Of a stretch of DNA of 42,229 bases, positions 26,267 through 34,791 are shown in pieces. The translations under genes were made by a program, and so were the position numbers. The stretch comes from a virus. Lineage: Duplodnaviria > Caudoviricetes. Below the pieces are notes generated by a model. That model did no database searches. It was not told the origin of the DNA and worked only from the letters and a program-made list of their open reading frames with translations. How positions within the stretch are numbered: the stretch's first letter is position 1; the number at the start of each line of letters is the position of its first letter. The stretch spans positions 1 through 42,229 of IMG/VR virus record IMGVR_UViG_3300033067_000159; one strand, 5' to 3'.

Positions 26267-27032
26267 TTCCGTATTCTTTCTTGAGTCTTTCGATACTGAT
26301 AAACTCAGGATCGTAATTTCCATCTTCCACGTTGTGCTTTACAACCACTCCTCTCCACCAGAGTTTGTTAACTTCACCAGCCCAAGGTGCGTCGTAATCC
26401 TGGTACACACCACAAACAAGTCCGTTAACCTTCTTTCCATAAGCGTTTGAGCGCTGACAGAAATCCAGAGTGTGAATGTGACCTTGTGTAGAAGAAGTCA
26501 GTTGTTTGGTAACTAGACTGTAGGCGGGATGCTCCCCAGATACACCCCTGCCCATAACGCCACTAACAAAATAGTGAGCATAAGTAATTCCGTCAATCGT
26601 GATGCTTCCTGGGGTATTCCCTTCGTAGTTTACAACCTCGTTGTAGTACTCGTCAAGCTGCAGATCTTTGAGGGAGATTGTGTTTTCTAGTTCAGGCTGA
26701 ACGTTGATTGCTTTTGTGATACGATGCTCGTGGTTCCCGATAAGGTAGACACGCCTAGGAAGCTTTCTCTTACGTCGCCTTAGTTCGTGATGAACGCGAT
26801 CGTTGAAGTCAACAGCAGCACTAACATCAGCACGATAAGTGCGTCCGACAGCCGCTCTTGTTCCTTTTTCGTAGGAGGCCAAAGAAGGTAGATCAGCCCC
26901 ATCACCGATATTGATAACAACATCAGGATTAACATCTAGGATAAGCTTTCCGAGCCAATTAGCTCTGTTGTTGTGGTAGTTTGGGTGAGCATGCGAATCT
27001 GGGATAACGAGATGAATGGTCATTCGAGCCAC
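26256..27032 (-). CDS. Calcineurin-like metallophosphoesterase
   Basis: IPDSH, IGDGAD, GNHE, H...QGHIH motifs. Confidence 0.88.
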   Translation of the reverse strand: MARMTIHLVIPDSHAHPNYHNNRANWLGKLILDVNPDVVINIGDGADLPSLASYEKGTRAAVGRTYRADVSAAVDFNDRVHHELRRRKRKLPRRVYLIGNHEHRITKAINVQPELENTISLKDLQLDEYYNEVVNYEGNTPGSITIDGITYAHYFVSGVMGRGVSGEHPAYSLVTKQLTSSTQGHIHTLDFCQRSNAYGKKVNGLVCGVYQDYDAPWAGEVNKLWWRGVVVKHNVEDGNYDPEFISIERLKKEYGNDS

Positions 27033-27412
27033 TCATCTGGGATAGAACCAAAAGCACACATGTAACCGTACTTTGCACACCAGTCACTGTATCGCATTTT
27101 GGAGTTCTTGGCAATTTTGTTGTCTCTGTCAAAGACCATGCGGATATCTAGTTCTGGATGGGCAGTCTTAACTGCCGCCATCTTTTCACGATCTTCCCAC
27201 TTGAAGTGTCCCTTGACTTCAATGTACCTCTTTGTACCATCACGGAATTCAAGTAGGAAATCAGGAGTATACTCTTTTGATAGAGTATACCCCAGCTTCT
27301 CCTGTTCGTAGTAGAGCTTGGCTGCACCACTAATGCGAGGCTTCACATCATTGAAAATACGTAGCTCTAGCTTTGAACGAAATTTCTTGGGATTGATTGC
27401 CAAAACTGTCAA
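27020..27412 (-). CDS. Endonuclease I / Holliday junction resolvase (T7 gp3-like)
   Basis: FRSKLE, YTPDF, YIEVKG, DIRMVF, YSDWC, IPDEWL. Confidence 0.9.
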   Translation of the reverse strand: MTVLAINPKKFRSKLELRIFNDVKPRISGAAKLYYEQEKLGYTLSKEYTPDFLLEFRDGTKRYIEVKGHFKWEDREKMAAVKTAHPELDIRMVFDRDNKIAKNSKMRYSDWCAKYGYMCAFGSIPDEWLE

Positions 27413-27579
27413 GCAAGCAGGTCGTCAAGAGTGCCGTGGACGACAACAGACATCCTTTCAGAAGAAGTGTCTAGTGTCAGCAAGATCTTTCCTTCTTGTT
27501 CTACGACTATTGCAGCCCACAGAATTCGGTCGGTGTTGACAACAATGGTGCCGTCATCCATGTCAAACTTCTTTAACAT
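27409..27579 (-). CDS. Hypothetical protein
   Basis: ATG 27579 (MLKKFDMDD...); small beta protein. Confidence 0.55.
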   Translation of the reverse strand: MLKKFDMDDGTIVVNTDRILWAAIVVEQEGKILLTLDTSSERMSVVVHGTLDDLLA

Positions 27580-28405
27580 CAGGATCCCTTTCAACTTTGG
27601 TTAGAAAACGTGGACCGTTTGAGTAGACAAATGTCCGAAGCCCAGGCCAACAAGTCTTCTTAAACTCACAGTAGGAACAGTACGTTCCCAGCTTTTCATT
27701 ACCGCTCTTACCGTCAGGAATACTCCTGTACTGTCTCTCTGGCGGTCTTTTTTGAGAGACAATCATCTTCTTGTATTTGATAATTGCCGGAAGATTCGGT
27801 GGATGCGCGTCGTATACATCTAGGCAGATGTGGCCTAGCTGCTTGTCAATAGCAAAGAAAGCTACTTTGTCCTTAACCTGGAGACGAGGGTCATCAGCGC
27901 TAGCATATAGGTAAGAATTGATCTGCGTGAGATAACCAAATGGGTCATCCTCTTCAAGCAGATGGTTCTTAAACTTGTTGAACGCAGGTGAAGAAGCACT
28001 TTTAACGTCAACAAGAACACCATCAATAATAGCATCTCGATGTCCCTTTACACCGTCTACTTCTAGTTCATCCTGTTCGCCTTCGACCGTATGCCCTGCT
28101 TCACGAGCAAGGAACAGTAGGAAGTGTTCTAGGATGTCTCCGAAGAGGAATTTAACCCTTGCCTCAGGAGGGAGAGGATCTGCTTGTCCAGGTTCGTTAA
28201 GCTGGTACCAGAGCTTTCTTTCGCAATTAGTCCCGAGATTGCTGAACCTAAGAGCCGGTCGTTCATCTCCCCGAAAAAGACGGGTGCTGATGATTTCAGA
28301 TAGGCGATTGCCAAATTGGTCCTTGATACTGTCCAGGACATTGTGCTTCTGGCCTCCGATTAGTTCGTAAATATCGGGTACTAGGGTATCAATGCTCTTG
28401 CTCAA
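27563..28405 (-). CDS. PD-(D/E)xK exonuclease (Cas4/RecB-like)
   Basis: CERKLWY, GHRDAII..VLVDVKS, YLTQ...Y, C-terminal CSYCEFKKTC. Confidence 0.85.
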   Translation of the reverse strand: MSKSIDTLVPDIYELIGGQKHNVLDSIKDQFGNRLSEIISTRLFRGDERPALRFSNLGTNCERKLWYQLNEPGQADPLPPEARVKFLFGDILEHFLLFLAREAGHTVEGEQDELEVDGVKGHRDAIIDGVLVDVKSASSPAFNKFKNHLLEEDDPFGYLTQINSYLYASADDPRLQVKDKVAFFAIDKQLGHICLDVYDAHPPNLPAIIKYKKMIVSQKRPPERQYRSIPDGKSGNEKLGTYCSYCEFKKTCWPGLRTFVYSNGPRFLTKVERDPDVKEV

Positions 28406-28544
28406 TAGCTCTTACTCGATCTTTTAGGTCTTCTAGTTCTTCATTGATTTGCTCAAGTATGCCTGCAATCGTAGCTAGGCTAGGCCCAGGTTCACGTAAT
28501 TGCAGATACCTGTACAGGTTGTCTAACTTCTCAGAAAGGCGCAA
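28389..28544 (-). CDS. Hypothetical coiled-coil protein
   Basis: Probable TTG start at 28544 with GGAGG RBS. Confidence 0.5.
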   Translation of the reverse strand: MRLSEKLDNLYRYLQLREPGPSLATIAGILEQINEELEDLKDRVRAIEQEH

Positions 28545-28986
28545 ATTCACGCCCTCCAACAACGAGCTTCTGAGCATCAGCCTTGTAGTCGACAAGTTCG
28601 ATCACCTTGACCTCTTCCAGGCGGTGGCCCATTCCCTTCTTAGTGTCAAAGACCACAACCTTGATAATTGCATCAGAGCCGTTACCAATGTAGTCCTTGA
28701 AGATTTCACCTTCAGCGTTAGTCACCTTTGGTGCTTTAAACTTAGTCAGGTCGTCCTTAATGACCTTGGAGAAGGGACGACGGAAAGTCACATAGGCACC
28801 GTCATCATCAGTCTTCCGCTTAAGCTGCAGTCCACTCTTCTCGAAATCCTTCCAAGAGTCGTCCGAAAGATACAGGTTGAGCTTCCACGACTTGTACTCC
28901 TTATCGGCATTATCCTCAGGAGTCGGACCGAGCCCAAGCTGAGCCCACTTAACCTTGCCGTGAAAGTATAGAACCTTAGTTGCCAT
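28531..28986 (-). CDS. Single-stranded DNA-binding protein (gp2.5-like OB fold)
   Basis: GKVKWA, IGNGS, RLEEVKVIELVDY and terminal aromatic (APF); AAGGA RBS; next to the DNA polymerase. Confidence 0.75.
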   Translation of the reverse strand: MATKVLYFHGKVKWAQLGLGPTPEDNADKEYKSWKLNLYLSDDSWKDFEKSGLQLKRKTDDDGAYVTFRRPFSKVIKDDLTKFKAPKVTNAEGEIFKDYIGNGSDAIIKVVVFDTKKGMGHRLEEVKVIELVDYKADAQKLVVGGREFAPF

Positions 28987-29006
28987 TCGTTTTGTATTCC
29001 TTTTGT

Positions 29007-29082
29007 TGGCGGCGGGCCGTAGGATTCGAACCTACTCCGCAGGGTTTTGGAGACCCGCATGCGACCATTACAACTGACCCCC
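29007..29082 (-). tRNA. trnW: tRNA-Trp(CCA), structurally atypical
   Basis: GGGGGTC AG TTGT AATGGTC GCAT G CGGGT CTCCAAA ACCCT GCGGA GTAGG TTCGAAT CCTAC GGCCCGCC G CCA; intact T arm and encoded CCA. Confidence 0.82.
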
Positions 29083-29088
29083 GTGTTA

Positions 29089-30963
29089 TCAATGAGTGTC
29101 GTACCAAGTGTACCCAATGCCTTTAGAACCTGACAAGGCACACCGTAGATTTAGCATTTCACCAACTGTTACAATAGACTTGATCTGTACAGCAGCAACA
29201 TGCTCTGCAACTTCGTCATCGTCAATTGTCTCAGTCTGCCATTCATCATGGACAAAGTTGACTTGCCAGAATGGGATCTTCTCCTTGCGGAGTTCTGCAC
29301 GCCACAAGATGTTGGCCATCTTCATGACAATCGATTCACCATTCTGCAAGTATCCAGCAAGCATCAAGTGCTCACTGTCGCAGACCACGTATCTGCCATC
29401 AATTCCTTCAAAGAAGCCTCTCTTGGCATCACGAGGAATCTGTTCTTCTTTTAGGTACTTAAGTCCTGGGTAAAACTCCAGGAAGTTCTGTCTAGCTGTC
29501 CGTGCAACAGAAGTAGAACAAGACAAGACCTCTGCTGTTTTAGCTTCACCCGCACCCAATAGCCAGGAGTAGATGAATTTCTTTGCTACATCACGCGACT
29601 TACAAGCCTCACCAAGAGCTTTCTTGTTCATGGTGTGGATGTCTGTACCCAACTCTTTCTTGCCTGAAATCAGGCCATGTGTGAAAGTTGGATCGTTGAT
29701 GTAGTGCGCAAGGATGCGTAGCTGAATGCCTTCAGCATCAACACCTACCAATCGCCTGCCCTTGGGAACCGTCCACAAAGACCTGAATTCTTTCCCATAT
29801 AGTGACACTTGCCCCTTACGGTTGTGTTCAGACGGGATGTTGGCTGTGTTAGGGTCTGCATGGGACATTCTTTGTGTCCAGGCACCAATAGGAAAGATAG
29901 TGCCGTGGACCCTGTGATCTTCTCGGCAGGCCCGTATCCACTCGTTCAATGAAGAGAGACGAGAAGCAAGAAGGATGCGCCTGGCTAGGCTCTTAGCAGC
30001 CTCTGGTGCTGTATCTGGCAGCGTCTCTAGGTTTTCTTCAGAGACTTTCCAACCATGAACAGCATACTCTTCCAAGCGTTCTTTGAGCTTCAGTCTTTCG
30101 GCAGGATCACGACATTGTTTAAGGTCCCTCTCAGCTTGGAGGTATCCTTTCGTCTTTTCCACCGGCTTCCATCCGGCTGAATTAAGTCGTTGAACGATTT
30201 GACGCGGGGATGCGGGGTTGAATGGGACAGCCTCGAAAGAACATAGTTCTCCATATCCGACGGTAGTGCAACCGGCGTTGCTCGGATATAGACGTTCCAA
30301 GGCTGCCCAAGGACGTCCGTCCTTTCTAAATCGGATAGAATGTCGTCCAGTATCAACCAGCTTCGGCTGGAACCCGGTAAGGATGTTGGCATCTAGTGTT
30401 TCCAGTTCAGCAGTGATCTCTTTGTGTAGCTCTTTGGCTCTCTCCAGGTTGAAGTAGAAGCCATTTGTGTGCATTTCGTCGCAGATGACTGCAATGTCAT
30501 GCTCAGTGCGTAATGCTTTTGCCCACCGTTCTTCGTTGATATACCGTTCAAACTTCTTGAAGATGCGGTAGGACAGTTCTACGTCCCCTTGACAGTACAA
30601 AATCATCTCATCTGAGAGATTAGACCAATCCTTGAAGTTACCTTTTGGATAGCCAAGTCTCTTGCCCCAAGCTTCTAGCGAATGACCACCCTCTACTTCG
30701 TAGTTGAGAAGACGAGAAATGATCAGCGTATCGATAGCTAGGTCATACGAGAGATTCATGCCTAGGAGTCTGTTGATGTTTGGTATGTCGTATCCAAGGA
30801 TGTTATGCCCTACGATTTGTGTGTACTGCTTTGCCTGTTCTCGGAACTCATCGAATGGTGCCAAGAAAGTAAACAGCTTACCTGTATCAATGTCCTTTAC
30901 GACAATGACCCAGATACACGTAGGGCGCAATCCATCTGTCTCAATGTCTAGAACTACCCTCAT
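29089..30963 (-). CDS. polA: DNA polymerase family A (T7 gp5-like) with 3'-5' exonuclease
   Basis: DIETDG, GHNILGYD, YCQGD exonuclease motifs; DAEGIQLR, RDVAKKFIY, VHDE polymerase motifs. Confidence 0.95.
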   Translation of the reverse strand: MRVVLDIETDGLRPTCIWVIVVKDIDTGKLFTFLAPFDEFREQAKQYTQIVGHNILGYDIPNINRLLGMNLSYDLAIDTLIISRLLNYEVEGGHSLEAWGKRLGYPKGNFKDWSNLSDEMILYCQGDVELSYRIFKKFERYINEERWAKALRTEHDIAVICDEMHTNGFYFNLERAKELHKEITAELETLDANILTGFQPKLVDTGRHSIRFRKDGRPWAALERLYPSNAGCTTVGYGELCSFEAVPFNPASPRQIVQRLNSAGWKPVEKTKGYLQAERDLKQCRDPAERLKLKERLEEYAVHGWKVSEENLETLPDTAPEAAKSLARRILLASRLSSLNEWIRACREDHRVHGTIFPIGAWTQRMSHADPNTANIPSEHNRKGQVSLYGKEFRSLWTVPKGRRLVGVDAEGIQLRILAHYINDPTFTHGLISGKKELGTDIHTMNKKALGEACKSRDVAKKFIYSWLLGAGEAKTAEVLSCSTSVARTARQNFLEFYPGLKYLKEEQIPRDAKRGFFEGIDGRYVVCDSEHLMLAGYLQNGESIVMKMANILWRAELRKEKIPFWQVNFVHDEWQTETIDDDEVAEHVAAVQIKSIVTVGEMLNLRCALSGSKGIGYTWYDTH

Positions 30964-30993
30964 TTAGTCCTTATATATCCACCTTGTATAGAT

Positions 30994-31022
30994 ATTCTAG
31001 CATGGATATCCGAGGTTGTCAA
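30994..31022 (-). promoter_or_regulatory. Host sigma70-type promoter driving the DNA polymerase operon
   Basis: TTGACA (31022-31017), 17 bp spacer ending in TGC, TAGAAT (30999-30994); AAGGA RBS downstream. Confidence 0.82.
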
Positions 31023-31028
31023 CCACTC

Positions 31029-31085
31029 TTAATCAGCTTCTGGCACACCAAAGACTACGAGCAGAACATCAGAGAATGTAGGCAT
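31029..31085 (-). CDS. Possible 18-aa micropeptide (MPTFSDVLLVVFGVPEAD)
   Basis: AAGGAG RBS 6 nt before the ATG; translated by hand. Confidence 0.4.
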   Translation of the reverse strand: MPTFSDVLLVVFGVPEAD

Positions 31086-31097
31086 GTTAGTCTCCTT

Positions 31098-31292
31098 TTA
31101 ACAGCAGTGTTGAGATTCTAGGTCAGCTAGGTAGTCAGACAGCTCCTCAATTTTTTCATTGAGTTTGGTAATCTCTTTTAGTTGATCTCGTAAACGACTT
31201 TCTACATAGAAAGAGACTGGACCCCATTTGCTGAAATCCCAGTAGTCTCCTCTGAGTCCTCGGATAATCTCTTCAGTTGTAGGACTATTCAT
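31098..31292 (-). CDS. Hypothetical protein
   Basis: 64 aa, AGGAG RBS, coiled-coil C-terminus. Confidence 0.6.
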   Translation of the reverse strand: MNSPTTEEIIRGLRGDYWDFSKWGPVSFYVESRLRDQLKEITKLNEKIEELSDYLADLESQHCC

Positions 31293-31599
31293 CAGTTGTG
31301 GCTCCTAATAGCTTGCTTGCTTCGAAAGACTTAGTGAACTCTACTAGTTTATCGTCAATTGCATCAAATGCAGCCACAACCCCACTGTCAAAGTCACCGT
31401 AACTGTTGTAGGTGACTGACCTTTCAGCATTTGTAGAAGCTGTTTTGATTTCTTCGACGAACAACGGCAGTGTAGCTAAAATGGCGTGACAAGCAGTGGT
31501 TTTGAAATCACGCCAGACTTCCTCAGCTTCTTCAGGACCACAACCTGCTGACTCTGCAATCGCTATAGAGACGGTCTTAACTAGACGTTTATAGTTCAC
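31285..31599 (-). CDS. Hypothetical protein
   Basis: 104 aa, GTGA-coupled to the upstream gene. Confidence 0.6.
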   Translation of the reverse strand: MNYKRLVKTVSIAIAESAGCGPEEAEEVWRDFKTTACHAILATLPLFVEEIKTASTNAERSVTYNSYGDFDSGVVAAFDAIDDKLVEFTKSFEASKLLGATTDE

Positions 31600-31859
31600 C
31601 AGTTTGACCTTTCTAACAGGAAATCCCTCTCTTCGAGAAGGAGATCTATGTATTTGTCCCGATCGAGCAGCAATCCTTGTATGTCAAGGTACATTTTGCT
31701 GCTTAAGACTTCAACGATTTCATTGGCTTGATCTTGAAAATCTTGCCGCTTAGCGTAGGATACTTTGGCAAAGTCGTACCCTTGCTGAGCGGCAAGAAGA
31801 CCAGCTACTTCGTTAACCCACTCGCGTTTGGCTGGTTGCAATGAATTCTCCACATCCAT
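31596..31859 (-). CDS. Hypothetical protein
   Basis: Probable start MDVENSL at 31859; similar helical character to the downstream gene. Confidence 0.55.
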   Translation of the reverse strand: MDVENSLQPAKREWVNEVAGLLAAQQGYDFAKVSYAKRQDFQDQANEIVEVLSSKMYLDIQGLLLDRDKYIDLLLEERDFLLERSNW

Positions 31860-32073
31860 CAGTGCTGACATGCACTCGCGGCCGGATAATCTGCGGGAAG
31901 CCGTCATCGAGCACTGCAGTCGGAGGAAATCTGTAGCATTCCCCAAGACTTCCGGTACTTCCGACAGTCTTGAAGAACTTGCATCGTCCACAGTTTTTCC
32001 GGACAGTTCTCACGTCTTCACGGACTGTTGTCTGATCAAACGAATGCAAAAGAGCAGTCAGAGCGAGTCCCAT
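31813..32073 (-). CDS. Small Cys-rich metal-binding phage protein
   Basis: CGRCKFF...GECYRFPP...DGCGEF pattern. Confidence 0.7.
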   Translation of the reverse strand: MGLALTALLHSFDQTTVREDVRTVRKNCGRCKFFKTVGSTGSLGECYRFPPTAVLDDGFPQIIRPRVHVSTDGCGEFIATSQTRVG

Positions 32074-32510
32074 TCCATGTCTCCATCACAGGTAAAGTAG
32101 ACTTCTTTGATACCAGCCGCAGCGATTGCTCGCTGACAACCTACACACGGCTTAGCCATACCGTATACAAAAGGCTGCGATGGCCCGGAGCGTTTCGCAC
32201 GCGCCACCACCATAACAGAGCCTTGAAGGTCTCCGAAGTTGAAGTTGCGAGATGCTTGAATGATTGCGTCAATCTCTGCATGTAGGTGTATCGCATCTTC
32301 ATGCCTTCCGTACTTTTTCTGGAATGGATGGGTCTTCTCAGAATTTTCCCCACAGCCTAGCATCATACCATCTCTGTGTATCGACGCAGCAATACGCGCG
32401 CCGAACGCACCAGCGGTTCTCCAAGCGAAGCTGAACTCTCTGTGTAGAAGTTCAGAAATTTGGCGTTGCTTGACTGGCGTTAACAGGAGGGAGTCCTTCC
32501 TTGTCGACAC
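32058..32510 (-). CDS. Cytidine/dCMP deaminase-superfamily Zn protein
   Basis: HLHAEIDAI and AKPCVGC zinc motifs, GIKEVYF. Confidence 0.88.
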   Translation of the reverse strand: MSTRKDSLLLTPVKQRQISELLHREFSFAWRTAGAFGARIAASIHRDGMMLGCGENSEKTHPFQKKYGRHEDAIHLHAEIDAIIQASRNFNFGDLQGSVMVVARAKRSGPSQPFVYGMAKPCVGCQRAIAAAGIKEVYFTCDGDMEWDSL

Positions 32511-34014
32511 TTACCATCTCCATAAGTTTGTACGTTACCGAGTCGAACCACAGCTTGCCACCGTCACCTGTCTTGCCACTGAAGCGGTTCTTCGAGATGG
32601 TGAGGTGCGTGGTATTTCTTTCCGCGTCAGAAGTAGCTGTTGGATTGCGTTCAAGGTCAATTCTGATGTCGGCAATCTTGGCGATTGTACGACTACCACG
32701 AGTTTGTCCGTTATCATTGACGTGACTCACCAGGAACAGAGTGAACTTCAACTCTTGCGCAAGCATCTTAAGTCGGGTAGCTAGGTAGTCTAGCTTCTTT
32801 CTTTCGTCGGTCTCCTCAAGGCCCGAGACCACAATACTAATGTGATCAAAGAAAATATATTTGCAGTCACAAGCCCCAGCGAGAAAGCGAATTCGTTCCA
32901 GTACGATATCAGGGTCGTCAGAACCAAAGTGGGTATAGATATGAACCCTATCGTCATGGCCGGCAGCTCGCTTATAAGCTTCCAAGACCTCTTCAATTGA
33001 GACATTAGTATCGGGTAGATGACAAGGTACAGACAATTCATAGCTTGCAACTCCTTGAATTGTACGCTGTCTGTCGTCTTCAAGGTGGAGGATTCCAATA
33101 TTTGCATCCGTCGTTTTAAGAAGATGGTATTCGATTGCTCGTAGAATCTCTGTCTTGCCCACTCCTTCCGGAGCCGTGATAAGCACCACCTCCCCATCAC
33201 GGATTCCATAAGTCATCTCCTGAAGTGTCTGAAAAGGGTATGTAGCAGTTGGCTTGAGTTTACCTTCTCTCAGGATATTCTCAATGTCTTTGAAAGAAGA
33301 CACAATACCATCAGGAAGAAAACGCTTAGCAGAATGAAAAGAATTCTGGAACTGCTTGACTTCTCCAGCCATAAGGAAGTCGTTAGCATCCTTGTGGTTT
33401 GTGATAGGAATGTGGTAAATCTTCTTGACATCAAAGATATTGGCTACTTCTGCAGCAGCTTTCCATCCTGGTTCGTCATTGTCAAAGCAAATATAGATGC
33501 GTTCGAAAGAGTTCAAGTACTCAAACTCTAGTCGACAAGCTTTCTTTGCATTTGATGCACTTGGAACAGATACACAAGGAATCTTTCCGTCTAGCATCTG
33601 ATACGCTGAAAGAGCATCAAGTTCTCCTTCAGTGATGACAATACAGCCATGCGAGCCAGCATTGAAAAGATTCTTGCCAAACAAGGTGGCACCAGACAGC
33701 TCACCTTTACCCCAGAAATCTTTCTTGGACAAAGAACGAATCTTGACTGACCCATTCTGGTAGGGAAAACCTAGTTCAATAGGCTTTTCATTGATAAACT
33801 TCGCAAAGACATTGTACGTGTGCATTGTATCGCGAGAGACACCGCGCCATGCAATAGGTGCAAATGTCGGCTCGAATTCCGTAGTTTCTTCCATCAAGTC
33901 TCCCTTAAAGTATTTTGAACAGGAAAAACAGAAGCCGTGCCCATCCTCGTAGGTACAGTAGGCATCGCTACTGGACCCACAAGGACAGGGGATGTGTCGT
34001 TCAACTACGGTCAT
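32452..34014 (-). CDS. Primase-helicase (T7 gp4-like)
   Basis: N-terminal Zn finger (CPC...CFSC), TOPRIM (ITEGELDA, FDND), Walker A APEGVGKT, FFDHI, RGS, KNR. Confidence 0.93.
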   Translation of the reverse strand: MTVVERHIPCPCGSSSDAYCTYEDGHGFCFSCSKYFKGDLMEETTEFEPTFAPIAWRGVSRDTMHTYNVFAKFINEKPIELGFPYQNGSVKIRSLSKKDFWGKGELSGATLFGKNLFNAGSHGCIVITEGELDALSAYQMLDGKIPCVSVPSASNAKKACRLEFEYLNSFERIYICFDNDEPGWKAAAEVANIFDVKKIYHIPITNHKDANDFLMAGEVKQFQNSFHSAKRFLPDGIVSSFKDIENILREGKLKPTATYPFQTLQEMTYGIRDGEVVLITAPEGVGKTEILRAIEYHLLKTTDANIGILHLEDDRQRTIQGVASYELSVPCHLPDTNVSIEEVLEAYKRAAGHDDRVHIYTHFGSDDPDIVLERIRFLAGACDCKYIFFDHISIVVSGLEETDERKKLDYLATRLKMLAQELKFTLFLVSHVNDNGQTRGSRTIAKIADIRIDLERNPTATSDAERNTTHLTISKNRFSGKTGDGGKLWFDSVTYKLMEMVSVDKEGLPPVNASQATPNF

Positions 34015-34210
34015 AGGCGTTGAACAAAGGAAGAGGCTCATTAAACTCTACAAGAGCTTCTTCAATCGCCTCATTACATTCTTCACAGATGGGATCCTTG
34101 TCCCGAAAGAAGAGGCGATTACTAGAGATGCGGCGAGCCAAGCCCTCGTTGAAGGAAGACTTGACGTCATCATCCGTTACAAAGTCACAAATGCTACAGC
34201 GGTAACTCAT
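34001..34210 (-). CDS. Small zinc-finger protein
   Basis: CSIC...CEEC; TAATG-coupled to the GGCT gene. Confidence 0.7.
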   Translation of the reverse strand: MSYRCSICDFVTDDDVKSSFNEGLARRISSNRLFFRDKDPICEECNEAIEEALVEFNEPLPLFNAYDRS

Positions 34211-34791
34211 TAAGTCTTAATTACACCTCCAAATTCCTTGATACTCAGCATGTGCGAATACCCATACCACGGTCCATACAGGTTCGAAAGTCTCTGCTCG
34301 ACCTTGTAGAAACCTGACGCATTCCGCATGTTGTTGCCATAGTAGAACCAGACATCATTGATCACAGGTTGATGACCATTGGCATCTGGAGAATGAGCGT
34401 AGAGACACGAGATCCGACGACGCTCGAAGAGCTTTCCGTTCTGCTCGATGCGGTCCAAGATCGGCATGAGATGCGCCGGAATCTCCCATACCTCCCCGAA
34501 GACACGTCCCTTTCGGTCTTCATCGTTAGTGCTGAATGCGATCGGGAACTGCGAGGACGGAGAGAACTTGAAGTCCAGGTCCTGTCGAGACGTGAAGGCA
34601 TAGCAGCGAAACTGGCCGCCATTCCCGACAAGGATATTGTTCCGTGGAAACGAGTGTCGGAGAGTGCCGTACACAAAGAGCAACTGCGTCTTGTAGTTGT
34701 TGAGGATCGCAAGATCCTTTGTGTACTCATTGTCAATCATCCGGCTGACCGTAAAATCAGCCAGAGATTGCACTACTTTGGCGGTAGACAT
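34210..34791 (-). CDS. Gamma-glutamylcyclotransferase (AIG2-like) family protein
   Basis: LFVYGTLR...N, VFGEVW, LDRIE...FERRR, WFY motifs. Confidence 0.88.
   Translation of the reverse strand: MSTAKVVQSLADFTVSRMIDNEYTKDLAILNNYKTQLLFVYGTLRHSFPRNNILVGNGGQFRCYAFTSRQDLDFKFSPSSQFPIAFSTNDEDRKGRVFGEVWEIPAHLMPILDRIEQNGKLFERRRISCLYAHSPDANGHQPVINDVWFYYGNNMRNASGFYKVEQRLSNLYGPWYGYSHMLSIKEFGGVIKT

Noticed and set aside
27563-28405. Cas4-like nuclease as a sign of a CRISPR system
   Set aside because: No repeat-spacer array or other cas genes are visible; this is the usual phage replication-module exonuclease.
29007-29082. tRNA-Trp fragment as a prophage attachment site
   Set aside because: No integrase, repressor or host genes are in the window, and the tRNA is full length within an operon.
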